Source of the DNA: Candidatus Woesearchaeota archaeon | GTDB lineage: Archaea > Nanobdellota > Nanobdellia > SCGC-AAA011-G17 > PNOQ01 | DNA length: 64,000 bases | Assembly: GCA_964596705.1 (NCBI GenBank) | Contig: CAZQVG010000001.1 | Coordinates: 14,969-78,968, forward strand | Reading direction: 5' to 3' | In this document: positions 1 through 8,818 of the stretch, one piece after another | Position numbering within the stretch: position 1 is the stretch's first letter | Layout of the letters: each line of letters begins with the position of its first letter | Notes under the pieces: model-generated | Database searches by the model: none | What the model was told of the DNA's origin: nothing | Seen by the model: the letters and a program-made list of their open reading frames with translations, nothing else | Translations under genes and position numbers: made by a program

Positions 1-364
1 TATTTACTTCTTTTACATGTGTGCCAGATTTCACTTCAACAATATCAAAACCTTCCGAATTTGGAACTAAGATGTCTACCCTTGAATAAAGATCATTAAC
101 TAAAAAACCTGCTTCAAATAATGGTTTTTCTTCATTTAATAGAGATTGGGTTTCTTGTATATTGCCATGAAAGTCTTGAGTTGGAATGTCAATTCCCCCT
201 AAAAATAATTTTTTTGCATATTCTCCAATCTCTTGTCCGGTTGCAAATCTTTGTTTTGTAGATTCATCAGGTTCTGGAATTTTTTCTGGTTCATGAAATT
301 CTGTCCACACTAATCTTAGACATTGTAAGCCCTCAAGATATTTTGATTTTGTTAAAATTGCCAT
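1..364 (-). CDS. DUF2779-like PD-(D/E)XK family nuclease, N-terminal part (gene continues beyond window start)
   Basis: Reverse-strand translation from ATG at 362-364 gives MAILTKSKYLEGLQCLRLVW..., matching the N-terminal motif (xSKSxxxxGLQCxxxLWL) of the DUF2779/Cas4-like nuclease family. Open to the window edge. Confidence 0.45.
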   Translation of the reverse strand, partial: MAILTKSKYLEGLQCLRLVWTEFHEPEKIPEPDESTKQRFATGQEIGEYAKKLFLGGIDIPTQDFHGNIQETQSLLNEEKPLFEAGFLVNDLYSRVDILVPNSEGFDIVEVKSGTHVKEVN

Positions 365-409
365 CAATGTGTTAAACTAATTAATTATTTATAAATCCTT
401 TCTTAGTAT

Positions 410-949
410 TTGGCAAACAAAAATAATATAAAAGATCCTATTATTTTTAGAAAAATGAAAAAACGATTAATAGTAATTTTAGTAGTAATTTTGGTGGGGT
501 TGGCATTAGTTTTATTGCCGAAAAACTCATCTCAAGATATTAGTGTGGGGAAACCAATAACAGGTAAGGCGTATCATTATACAAAACCTGTGCAGATAAC
601 TTATGAAAATCTTCCAGCATTTCTTTCAAAAAACAATATAATAAATGATTTGCCCGAGGATGTAACAATTTTATTGAGATTCTATAATTTTAATAGTGGA
701 GAAAGAGAATATGAGAGAACTTTTATTATCACAAGAGGAAATGTTAAAGAAGGGAATTTAGATGATCCTGATTTGTATTTAGACATACATTCAAAATACC
801 TAAATGAATGGAATTCTGCAAATTTTTGTAATATAATGACCAAAGCAAATAACAATGGAGACCTTGGATTTACCAGTAAATTATCCACTACAAAGCTCCT
901 TTGGAAATTTAAATCCTTAACAAAGTATAAATCTTGTTTTGGGCTATAA
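410..949 (+). CDS. hypothetical protein with N-terminal TM anchor
   Basis: 179-aa ORF with one hydrophobic helix near the N-terminus (LIVILVVILVGLALVLL). No recognisable domain. Confidence 0.4.
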   Translation: MANKNNIKDPIIFRKMKKRLIVILVVILVGLALVLLPKNSSQDISVGKPITGKAYHYTKPVQITYENLPAFLSKNNIINDLPEDVTILLRFYNFNSGEREYERTFIITRGNVKEGNLDDPDLYLDIHSKYLNEWNSANFCNIMTKANNNGDLGFTSKLSTTKLLWKFKSLTKYKSCFGL

Positions 950-987
950 TACAAAACATTTATTAAGTTTAGAAACAAAGTTTTATT

Positions 988-1200
988 ATGGTTTTTTTAG
1001 ATATAGCGTCTCAACTTGGAATAAGTCCTGCATTATTTGCTGTAGTTATGGTGTGGTCCACAGTTTGGAAATTAATTGCTTTTTGGAAATCTGCAAGAAA
1101 TAACCAATTAGTTTGGTTTATATTGTTTGGGATTGTAAATACATTAGGAATTTTAGAGATAATATATATTACATTATTCCAGAAAAAAAGAAAGAGATAA
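988..1200 (+). CDS. small membrane protein (2 TM)
   Basis: 70-aa ORF with two hydrophobic segments. Tightly packed with the following genes. Confidence 0.35.
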   Translation: MVFLDIASQLGISPALFAVVMVWSTVWKLIAFWKSARNNQLVWFILFGIVNTLGILEIIYITLFQKKRKR

Positions 1201-1201
1201 A

Positions 1202-1732
1202 ATGGACCCGAAAAAACTGGCAATGATTATTGGGATTGCAATATTGCTTCCTTTATTTGTTGGACTGTTTATTGATGCAATTTATTCTGCACCAGAGTAT
1301 AGAGATTTTTGTAATAAATCAGAGTATGTGCCTCCTGTTAGGCCAGGAGAATACGATTGTAATGTAGAGTTCAGTACAGAATATCAAGAGTGTTTGGAGC
1401 AAGGGGGAATTCCGAGATTGGAATATACAGATAGTTGTCCCTCTTTTAAAGAATGTGATTTTTGCAATAAAGAATATAGGCAAGCTTTAGAAAATTACAA
1501 TAAAAATTTATTTTTCATTATAGCCCCCATTGGTTTGATCATAGTTGTTTTGGGATTATATTTGGCAATAGATTATCTAGGTGCAGGATTGATGTTTGCG
1601 GGATTAATAACTTTGTTTTATGCCACCCTTAGAGCTTTCCCTGATCTAGGAAAATTAACAAAATCCTTAGTTATTTTAATTGAATTATTAATAATAATGT
1701 GGATAGGATATAAAAAAATAGATAAAAAATGA
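1202..1732 (+). CDS. Cys-rich membrane protein
   Basis: 176 aa. N-terminal TM helix, a Cys-rich extracytoplasmic segment with 8 Cys (CNKSEY...DCNVEF...ECLE...SCPSFKECDFCNKEY), then 2 C-terminal TM helices. Start abuts the upstream stop. Confidence 0.4.
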   Translation: MDPKKLAMIIGIAILLPLFVGLFIDAIYSAPEYRDFCNKSEYVPPVRPGEYDCNVEFSTEYQECLEQGGIPRLEYTDSCPSFKECDFCNKEYRQALENYNKNLFFIIAPIGLIIVVLGLYLAIDYLGAGLMFAGLITLFYATLRAFPDLGKLTKSLVILIELLIIMWIGYKKIDKK

Positions 1733-2052
1733 AAAAGATATCAATTTTGATTTTATTTCTAATTTTGTTAGCCTCTTCATGTACAAATAATTCAACTTTC
1801 TGTGCTCAAGATGTAAAGTTGTGTGAAGATGGAACTTATGTCTCTAGAGACCCAACCAATAATTGTGAGTTTAAATCTTGCCCCGAGACCATAAATTGTG
1901 ATTATAAGAATCAATGTCCGGAGGGTTATAATTGCTATTCTTTTCCAGAAGATGAAGATCCAATTTGTTACATAGGAGATCCTTGTGAAAGGTGTGCATC
2001 GAAGAATTGTGATATAACTGAATCTTTCCCTATGCAAGTTTTTTGTAAATAA
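1729..2052 (+). CDS. Cys-rich secreted lipoprotein-like protein
   Basis: 107 aa. Signal peptide with a lipobox-like LLASSC, then about 18 Cys in a small acidic domain. Overlaps the upstream stop by 4 nt (operon). Confidence 0.45.
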   Translation: MKKISILILFLILLASSCTNNSTFCAQDVKLCEDGTYVSRDPTNNCEFKSCPETINCDYKNQCPEGYNCYSFPEDEDPICYIGDPCERCASKNCDITESFPMQVFCK

Positions 2053-2054
2053 AA

Positions 2055-2140
2055 TGAGAGAAGACCTAGTGCCTTTTCTTCATTCCTAGGCTAACCAGCC
2101 AGTAGGTCGAAAAGGGTGGTCGGGCCTTCGGTTATAGATG
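2055..2140. ncRNA. candidate structured RNA / convergent terminator element (GC-rich island)
   Basis: About 85 nt with a local GC spike in a 30% GC genome. Contains a self-complementary CCTAG...CTAGG pair and a GGCC-UUCG-GGUU stem with a C(UUCG)G tetraloop. Lies between two convergent genes. Confidence 0.2.
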
Positions 2141-2163
2141 TAGTTTAAAACTTAAAAACATTT

Positions 2164-2463
2164 CTATATGGAGTCTAATGCTTCTTTTACTGTGCCAGAG
2201 GATTCTTTGAACTTTATTGACTTTTCATTTAATGCAGATTCCATATTTGGTCCAAATTTTCCAGCAATAACTAATTCAACACCTTTCTCTGCCAACATGT
2301 AAGCAACTGACCACCCTGCTCCTCCGCCTCCGACAGCAAAGGGGTTTTTTATTTTTTCTATCAGTTCTTTGTTATCAAAAATCAGATAATATGGTGCTCT
2401 GCCGCCCATATCACTAATGTTTGAATTTATGTCTTCTCCCTCAGATGCAATTGCGACTTTCAT
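2164..2463 (-). CDS. NifX/NifB-like dinitrogenase FeMo-cofactor family protein
   Basis: 99 aa. MKVAIAS.G.D..S.IS...GRAPYYLIFD and a glycine-rich AVGGGGAG motif are typical of the Nitro_FeMo-Co (NifX/NafY-like) small protein family. Confidence 0.6.
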   Translation of the reverse strand: MKVAIASEGEDINSNISDMGGRAPYYLIFDNKELIEKIKNPFAVGGGGAGWSVAYMLAEKGVELVIAGKFGPNMESALNEKSIKFKESSGTVKEALDSI

Positions 2464-2963
2464 TTTTTACCTCCCATTAATTTATTTATTATTATCCCTT
2501 GCAAAATAGAAGCAAGAATCATAACCATACTCAAAACAATTATATATTTCCACCCAAAATAAATTAGCATAATTGGAATAAGAGGTATCTTTATTGCTCT
2601 ATTATATAAGAAACATGCGATTAGCCCATAATTTACTCCTTTTTTATTTAGATCTGCCAATAATGGATACCACATGTAGATTGGACCAGAAGAAAGAATA
2701 CCTCCAACTACTGCAAAGATCCATTTTCTTATCTTTTTTCCTTCTATGTGGGTTATTATGAATTTTGGGGTAATGAAATAATTGGCTATTGCCATCAAAA
2801 TAAAAATCAAAATAAAAACTGGAAGTACTTTAAGAAATATGCCAAAAGATGATTCAATGCTTTTTTTAAACAAAGCATTATTGAGAAAATAAATCACCAC
2901 ATATCCAAAAATAATTGAGATTAAAAAGTACCCTGCCCCAGATATTTTGTTTTTTAAGCCCAT
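2460..2963 (-). CDS. putative permease, C-terminal half (polytopic membrane protein)
   Basis: 167 aa with about 5 TM helices. Overlaps the upstream ORF by 10 nt. Together the two ORFs resemble a two-half predicted-permease (DUF318/ArsP-like) arrangement. Confidence 0.4.
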   Translation of the reverse strand: MGLKNKISGAGYFLISIIFGYVVIYFLNNALFKKSIESSFGIFLKVLPVFILIFILMAIANYFITPKFIITHIEGKKIRKWIFAVVGGILSSGPIYMWYPLLADLNKKGVNYGLIACFLYNRAIKIPLIPIMLIYFGWKYIIVLSMVMILASILQGIIINKLMGGKK

Positions 2964-3373
2964 TTTATCAGTATTAGATTTACAACTAGTGCTACTAAAA
3001 TAGCTAAAACGAATGCCGAGATATTTCTAATTATGGCAAACTTTTTTCCAAGTATTGCAGACTCTGCAGGTAATTGAATTAATCCAACTGTAACCCATGC
3101 AACAATAAATGAGGTAACCGGTATCAAACTTATCCCGGCAGACATCATTTCTCCAGCCAAGATATAACTAGTTATTGGATTGCCTGCAGATATACTTCCA
3201 ACTATTGTTGCTAGAAATGTATCTAAAATGCCTCCCTTAAATATAGTTAAATAAAAAGATTTGGGGATTGAAGCTGTCAAAAACCCCACAAGCAGGATAA
3301 CAGAAAATATCATAGGTAATGAGTTAATTAATGATTTTCCCGATTTTATGATTGCTTGTTTTGCTCGTTTCAT
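2954..3373 (-). CDS. putative permease, N-terminal half (polytopic membrane protein)
   Basis: 139 aa with 4 TM helices and Gly/Pro-containing helices (GSISAGNPITSYILAGEMMSAGISLIP). Confidence 0.4.
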   Translation of the reverse strand: MKRAKQAIIKSGKSLINSLPMIFSVILLVGFLTASIPKSFYLTIFKGGILDTFLATIVGSISAGNPITSYILAGEMMSAGISLIPVTSFIVAWVTVGLIQLPAESAILGKKFAIIRNISAFVLAILVALVVNLILIKWA

Positions 3374-3462
3374 GTTTTGAATATATATTCATAATAATAT
3401 ATAAAGCTTTCGATAACCAATAGTTTTTTAAACAAACTATCCTCTCAAAGGCGGTTTGTAAA

Positions 3463-4329
3463 ATGGATTTTATAAGAGAAGTTAGAAAAGTAATTCCTGA
3501 CTTAGGAATGTTGCCAAAGGTAGAGGGAATTGAAATATATGGTGCAAAGATTCCCTTACAAAACGAAGGAGGAGATCATATTACTTGGGTAGATTTCAAG
3601 AGCAGATATAATATGTCTGCAATGATAGAAGAAGCTTTGGGGAGAGGTAGAAGAGATATTGCAAGAAAGTTAGAGGAAAACCAACACAAAGCAGGAATGT
3701 TATTATCAGATGTGGCAGGACATGAAGACCATAATTCTATCTTAACGGCTGCTTTTCATCATGCTTTTTTGTTGGGGGTTTTAGATCATCTTTATTATAC
3801 AGGGGAAGTTCCAGTAAGGTTGTTTGAACATCTAAACACTAGATTTTACAATGCTAGAGATTTTACACAAAACATTTCAATGATTTATGGAGAAATTTCT
3901 GAGCAAGGGAAGTTTAGATATATATCTGCAGGAAGTCCACCCCCAGTAATATATTCAAATCTCTATGATAGGATATTTCACCTAGAGAAAGATCAACATT
4001 CCACTACATTTCCAATTGGATTAGCCCCATCTGGTGTGCCTGGAACAAATGAAACATTAGATGATCAACCAATTGCAGTAAAACCCCCTTATGAAGTAAA
4101 CGAAATTAGTTTAATGGGGAAGGGAGATATATTGATTTTATATACAGATGGGTTATCTGACCATGAGAATGAAGACAATGAAAATTATTTTCCAGATAGA
4201 TTAGAGAGTATAATAAGAAAAACGAAAAATCTTACGTTAGAAAAGATGTTTGATGCGATAAGAGAGGATATACTTAGTTTTGCTGCACCTAAAGATGACA
4301 TAAGCTATATTTTAATAAGAAATAACTAA
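3463..4329 (+). CDS. PP2C-family Ser/Thr phosphatase (SpoIIE/RsbU-like catalytic domain)
   Basis: Motifs GGDHITW, DVAGHEDHNS (equivalent to DVSGHG), LILYTDGLSD and the C-terminal DDISYILI match PP2C/SpoIIE metal-binding blocks. Confidence 0.6.
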   Translation: MDFIREVRKVIPDLGMLPKVEGIEIYGAKIPLQNEGGDHITWVDFKSRYNMSAMIEEALGRGRRDIARKLEENQHKAGMLLSDVAGHEDHNSILTAAFHHAFLLGVLDHLYYTGEVPVRLFEHLNTRFYNARDFTQNISMIYGEISEQGKFRYISAGSPPPVIYSNLYDRIFHLEKDQHSTTFPIGLAPSGVPGTNETLDDQPIAVKPPYEVNEISLMGKGDILILYTDGLSDHENEDNENYFPDRLESIIRKTKNLTLEKMFDAIREDILSFAAPKDDISYILIRNN

Positions 4330-5411
4330 TATCTTCCTTTTATTTTTTGTTTGGGGATTTCTCTTTTATTTAATCCAGATTCATATTGTTTTGGAGAGAT
4401 AACTTTGTAACGTTTTTTATTCTGGTCTTCTTTTCTTTTTAATTTTAATTTATATTCTCTTGTAGGTGTCCTATGTTCCACCCATTCTTTTGGAGGGACA
4501 TGAAATCTCTGTCTAGTTTCATGTTTATACTTTACCCTATAGTGATTTTGATTCATATGCCACCATATGCTCCATGAAGAATAACCCAAGTTTCTATGAA
4601 ATCTTGCTGGCCATAAGGGAAAAGGATCATATCCATCATAATATCCGTCATAGTCGGTATCTGGATTTCTTGGATTTGTGCCCAACCATATCTCAACTAA
4701 GTCATCTAAACCGTCATAATCTGTATCTGGATTATAAATATTTGTTCCTATCATGGATTCATTCCAATTACTTATGCCGTCTCTATCCCAATCAATAGGA
4801 GAGTAATAATCTAAGAATATGCCGTCTCGGTTAATATCCCACCAAGGTGTAAAATTTGTTGGGTAGTGTGCATGAATGTGCCATCTCCACCAATCATAAT
4901 TCCAAAATTCAAACCCCACATTAAAATATAATCTTGAATCATCTATTGGATCAGTGAAATATAATTCTCCATTAATATTAATTGTTTCCATATCTAAAAT
5001 TGGTCCAGTTTCTTTGTTTTGATAATAGCCTGAAACATAAACCGTTTTTTCGGGATGCCCTGCAGGAAGTTCGTTATTTATTCTAATTACATAAGATAGG
5101 TCTTGTTTAACTTCGTTCAGTATTTCATGATTTGTTCTGTCAACTGACTCATAAACAATAACTTCCCGGCCTATAGTAGGAGAATAGCCCTCAATCTGGA
5201 ATAGATCTTTGTAAAATCTTGCGCTGTAGGGCATTATATCAATGCCAACCCTAGAATTGTTCCTTGGAATGGGAGATCTATAGTTTATTCTTGCAGAAAT
5301 ATTTGGAGCACATGCAATATTTGTTAATAATGTTGCAGCAAATAGGGTAGATAGACCGAATTTTCTTAATCTTTTTTTTATTTTAGAGTATAACGGATTA
5401 TCTTTATCCAT
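4326..5411 (-). CDS. secreted protein with thrombospondin type-3-like Ca-binding repeats, Trp-rich
   Basis: N-terminal TM/signal segment (LSTLFAATLLTNIACA). Repeated NPDTDYDGLDD and NPRNPDTDYDGYYDGYDP (DxDxDG TSP3-like) motifs. W-rich segment FWNYDWWRWHIHAHY. Confidence 0.5.
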   Translation of the reverse strand: MDKDNPLYSKIKKRLRKFGLSTLFAATLLTNIACAPNISARINYRSPIPRNNSRVGIDIMPYSARFYKDLFQIEGYSPTIGREVIVYESVDRTNHEILNEVKQDLSYVIRINNELPAGHPEKTVYVSGYYQNKETGPILDMETININGELYFTDPIDDSRLYFNVGFEFWNYDWWRWHIHAHYPTNFTPWWDINRDGIFLDYYSPIDWDRDGISNWNESMIGTNIYNPDTDYDGLDDLVEIWLGTNPRNPDTDYDGYYDGYDPFPLWPARFHRNLGYSSWSIWWHMNQNHYRVKYKHETRQRFHVPPKEWVEHRTPTREYKLKLKRKEDQNKKRYKVISPKQYESGLNKREIPKQKIKGRY

Positions 5412-5632
5412 TAGTTATTATCATTGATTTTATTATTTATAAGTGTTTTCAATAAGCTTAAATATTAAAATTTATATGTAAATAGTATGAAAGAAGATTA
5501 TTTATCAAAAGATCCAATTTTGCATAGAAAAGAGGAATTTGAGGAAGAAGAAGACTAATCAAAACATTTATAAAGATAAAATGAACTTATTAAAATCCCC
5601 TACTGTACGTTAAAATCAGACCGCTGATTCTT

Positions 5633-5650
5633 AGAAAGATTTATAAATGA
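5633..5650 (+). promoter_or_regulatory. archaeal BRE/TATA promoter of the ribosomal protein operon (leaderless L3 start)
   Basis: Purine-rich AGAAAG followed by TTTATAAA at 5640-5647, 24-31 nt upstream of the L3 ATG at 5671. Confidence 0.5.
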
Positions 5651-5670
5651 TATAACTTGCCAAAAAGAAC

Positions 5671-6615
5671 ATGCCAAAAACACATAAACCAAGATCAGGA
5701 AGTTTGCAGTTTTGGCCTAGAGTTAGAGCCAAACGTATTTACTCGTCTATTAAGAGTTGGTTTAATAGTTCAGAATCTAAACCTTTAGCTTTCGCAGGTT
5801 ATAAAGTTGGCATGACTCATATTCAAACCACAAGACCTGGAAAAAAAGGTACAGAAATTATAACTAATGTGCCTGTAACAATTATTGAGTGTCCGCCATT
5901 AAAACCTCTTTCTTTACGTTTCTATAAAAATACGCCATATGGTTCTCAAGTTATTACTCAAATATTCTCAAAAAACCTTGATAAAGAATTAGCAAGAAAG
6001 ATAACCTTGCCTAAGAAAACAAAAGAAGAAATCCCTGAAAATTATGACTTCTTTAAACTTGTTGTTTATACACAACCAAAACTTACTGGAATAGGAAAGA
6101 AAAAACCAGAAATATTTGAAATCCCTATTGGAGGAGATTTAGAATATGCAAAATCTTTGTTAGAAAAAGAGATAGATGTTGAAGAAGTATTCAAAGCAGG
6201 ACAATTTTTGGATTCTCATGCTATTACAAAAGGTAAAGGATTCCAAGGACCAATAAAGAGATTTGGTATTGGTTTGAAATCCCATAAATCTGAAAAGAAA
6301 AGAAGGTCTGCAGGAAATTTGGGAGCGTTTACTCCAAGAAAAGTTTCATGGAAAGTTCCGCAGCATGGTCAGATGGGATTCTTTAAAAGAACAGAATATA
6401 ATAAATTACTGATGTTAATTGGACAAGATCCTGAAAAGATAAATCAAAAAGGTGGATTTAAACATTATGGATTAATAAAAAATAAGTATATTTTAGTTAA
6501 GGGGTCAATCCAAGGTCCTACAAAAAGATTAGTTATATTAACAGAAGCAATTCGAGGCAAAAAACCAAAACAATTAGAAGAAATCAAATACATAAGTACT
6601 GAATCTAAACAATGA
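5671..6615 (+). CDS. rpl3: 50S ribosomal protein L3 (uL3)
   Basis: MPKTHKPRSGSLQFWPR... is the canonical archaeal L3 N-terminus. First gene of the conserved cluster. Confidence 0.9.
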   Translation: MPKTHKPRSGSLQFWPRVRAKRIYSSIKSWFNSSESKPLAFAGYKVGMTHIQTTRPGKKGTEIITNVPVTIIECPPLKPLSLRFYKNTPYGSQVITQIFSKNLDKELARKITLPKKTKEEIPENYDFFKLVVYTQPKLTGIGKKKPEIFEIPIGGDLEYAKSLLEKEIDVEEVFKAGQFLDSHAITKGKGFQGPIKRFGIGLKSHKSEKKRRSAGNLGAFTPRKVSWKVPQHGQMGFFKRTEYNKLLMLIGQDPEKINQKGGFKHYGLIKNKYILVKGSIQGPTKRLVILTEAIRGKKPKQLEEIKYISTESKQ

Positions 6616-7469
6616 AAGCAATAACCTATACAAAAACTGGAGAAAAAGGAAAAGAAATCGCTTTGCCTAGACAGTTCTCTGAAGAAATCAGGCCGGATTT
6701 AATCAAAAGGGCTGTATTAGTTATTCAATCAAGAGAACGTCAACAATATGGCGCAGATCCTAGAGCAGGTATGGATTTTTCAGCTACTTTATCTAGGAGA
6801 AGAAGAGATTATAGAGGTTCATATGGAAGAGGAATTTCAAGGATTCCAAGAAAAGTTATGATAAGAAGAGGTACTCAGTTTATATATACTGGGGCAGTTG
6901 TTGCAAGTACAGTGGGAGGTAGAAGAGCTCATCCTCCAAAAGCAGAAAAGATATATGAACAAAAAATAAACAAGAAGGAAAAACAAAAAGCAATAAGATC
7001 TGCGATTGCGGCAACATTAGATAAAGAGATATTGAAACAAAAAGGGTTTAGTGCTTTAGATAATGTTCCATTAATAATTGAAAAATTAGAAGAAATTTCA
7101 AAAACAAAAGAGTTCAAAGAATTAATGATTAAGTTAAATTTGAAACCAGAACTTGAGAGGGTTGAAAATAAAAAAATAAGAGCAGGAAAAGGGACTATGA
7201 GAGGAAGAAAATATAGAAGAGTTAAGGGTCCTCTTGTAGTTGTTGCTGACAACAACTCAAATGTGTATAAAGCATGTAGAAATCTTCCTGGATTTGACGT
7301 TGTTGAAGTAAGTTCCTTAAATGCAGAATTACTTGCTCCTGGAGCAGAACCTGGAAGATTGGTTATATGGTCATTAGACGCAATCCAAAGATTGGAAAAA
7401 GAAAATTTATTTTATTCAACAAAGAAAAATGGATCCGTACAAGATAATAAAGTATCCGCTAGCAACTGA
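6612..7469 (+). CDS. rpl4: 50S ribosomal protein L4 (uL4/L1e)
   Basis: Position after L3 and the basic L4-like sequence. 4-nt overlap with L3. Confidence 0.85.
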   Translation: MKAITYTKTGEKGKEIALPRQFSEEIRPDLIKRAVLVIQSRERQQYGADPRAGMDFSATLSRRRRDYRGSYGRGISRIPRKVMIRRGTQFIYTGAVVASTVGGRRAHPPKAEKIYEQKINKKEKQKAIRSAIAATLDKEILKQKGFSALDNVPLIIEKLEEISKTKEFKELMIKLNLKPELERVENKKIRAGKGTMRGRKYRRVKGPLVVVADNNSNVYKACRNLPGFDVVEVSSLNAELLAPGAEPGRLVIWSLDAIQRLEKENLFYSTKKNGSVQDNKVSASN

Positions 7470-7689
7470 AAAGGCGGTAAGGATGATGGAAGCAGAGAAT
7501 AAGCTTACTTTAATCGTAGATAAAAAAGCAAAAAAACAAGAGATTAAAGAAGCTGTTGAAAATTTATTTAATGTGAAAGTATTAAAAATTACAACATTGC
7601 ATACTCCAGATAACAAGAAAAAAGCATACTTACTATTATCACCTGAAACACCAGCAATAGATGTTGCTACTAAACTAGGTTTGATGTAA
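7429..7689 (+). CDS. rpl23: 50S ribosomal protein L23 (uL23)
   Basis: 86 aa, KYPLxTEKA motif, cluster position. Confidence 0.8.
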   Translation: MDPYKIIKYPLATEKAVRMMEAENKLTLIVDKKAKKQEIKEAVENLFNVKVLKITTLHTPDNKKKAYLLLSPETPAIDVATKLGLM

Positions 7690-7690
7690 A

Positions 7691-8416
7691 ATGGGAAAGA
7701 GATTAATCATACAAAGGCGTGGAAGAGGAACTGCTACATATAGAGCACCAAGTCATAGGTATGTTGGTGCAACATTCCACAGAACCTATGATGAGATAGA
7801 AAAATCTGGATTGATCTCTGGAAAAATTGTAGACATAATTAATTGTCCAGGTCATTCAGCGCCTTTGATGGAAATTGAGTATGAGGGTGGAGAAAGGATA
7901 TTGAGTATTGCACCTTTAGGAATTCATACAAATCAAGTTGTGAGCTCAGGTGCGAAAGCTCCTATAAAAGAAGGAAATACATTACCATTAAAGAGTATTC
8001 CAGTCGGAACATCAGTATATAATATAGAAACTCAAGTGGGAGATGGTGGAAAATTAATGAAAGCTGCTGGAAGTTTTGCAAAAGTTGTTGCAAAATCTGA
8101 TAAAAAAGTCACAATCAAACTTAAATCAAAGAAAACAAAAGTTTTAGATGAGAACTGCAGAGCAACAATTGGAGTAGTTGCTGGCGGAGGTAAAAAAGAA
8201 AAACCTATATTAAAGGCAGGAAAAAAGATGCATATGATGAGGGCAAAGAACAAACTTTACCCAAGAACATCAGGTGTAGCTATGAACGCAGTAGACCATC
8301 CATTTGGATCTGGTAGAGGAAGACACATGGGTAAACCAAGAACAGTTTCAAGAAATGCTCCACCTGGTAGAAAAGTAGGTTCAATCTCATCAAGAAGAAC
8401 AGGTAAGAAGAAGTAA
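7691..8416 (+). CDS. rpl2: 50S ribosomal protein L2 (uL2)
   Basis: GRGTATYRAPSHRY..., the GxxxMNAVDHPFGGG-like C-terminal block (NAVDHPFGSGRG), cluster position. Confidence 0.9.
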   Translation: MGKRLIIQRRGRGTATYRAPSHRYVGATFHRTYDEIEKSGLISGKIVDIINCPGHSAPLMEIEYEGGERILSIAPLGIHTNQVVSSGAKAPIKEGNTLPLKSIPVGTSVYNIETQVGDGGKLMKAAGSFAKVVAKSDKKVTIKLKSKKTKVLDENCRATIGVVAGGGKKEKPILKAGKKMHMMRAKNKLYPRTSGVAMNAVDHPFGSGRGRHMGKPRTVSRNAPPGRKVGSISSRRTGKKK

Positions 8417-8417
8417 A

Positions 8418-8816
8418 ATGGCAAAAAAAGAATTTACATACAGAGGAAAAACAATTGAAGAACTTAAGGCAATGCCTTTGCAAGAGTTCGTTAAACTAAT
8501 CCCTGCTAGAGAAAGAAGAACTATAGCTAGGGGATTTACTGAAGCCCAGAAGAGGCTATTGAAAAAAATAGATGCAGCTTTGCAAGGGACATATAAAAAA
8601 GCAATAAAGACCCATTGTAGGGACATGATAATCTTGCCAAAGATGGTGGGCTTAAAGATCCATATTCATAACGGAAAAGATTTCGTTGGGATAGATATTC
8701 AAAATGAAATGATTGGTCACAGATTAGGAGAGTTTGCAGAAACAAGAGCAAGATTGAAACATAGTGCTCCAGGTATAGGGGCTACGAAATCATCTGCACA
8801 CCAATCTGTTAAATAA
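8418..8816 (+). CDS. rps19: 30S ribosomal protein S19 (uS19)
   Basis: 132 aa, GKTIEEL...HNGK.F..V.I...MIGHRLGEF signature. Confidence 0.85.
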   Translation: MAKKEFTYRGKTIEELKAMPLQEFVKLIPARERRTIARGFTEAQKRLLKKIDAALQGTYKKAIKTHCRDMIILPKMVGLKIHIHNGKDFVGIDIQNEMIGHRLGEFAETRARLKHSAPGIGATKSSAHQSVK

Positions 8817-8818
8817 AA

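Noticed and set aside
2460-3373. Calling the two permease ORFs a single frameshifted pseudogene
   Set aside because: Two-gene permease-half arrangements exist and both ORFs have plausible starts. I cannot verify an indel without reads, so I kept them as two CDSs and flagged the alternative.
5487-5558. 23-codon acidic mini-ORF (MKEDYLSKDPILHRKEEFEEEED) in the promoter region upstream of the ribosomal operon
   Set aside because: Too short, no RBS or promoter of its own. Most likely chance ORF within the intergenic/promoter region.
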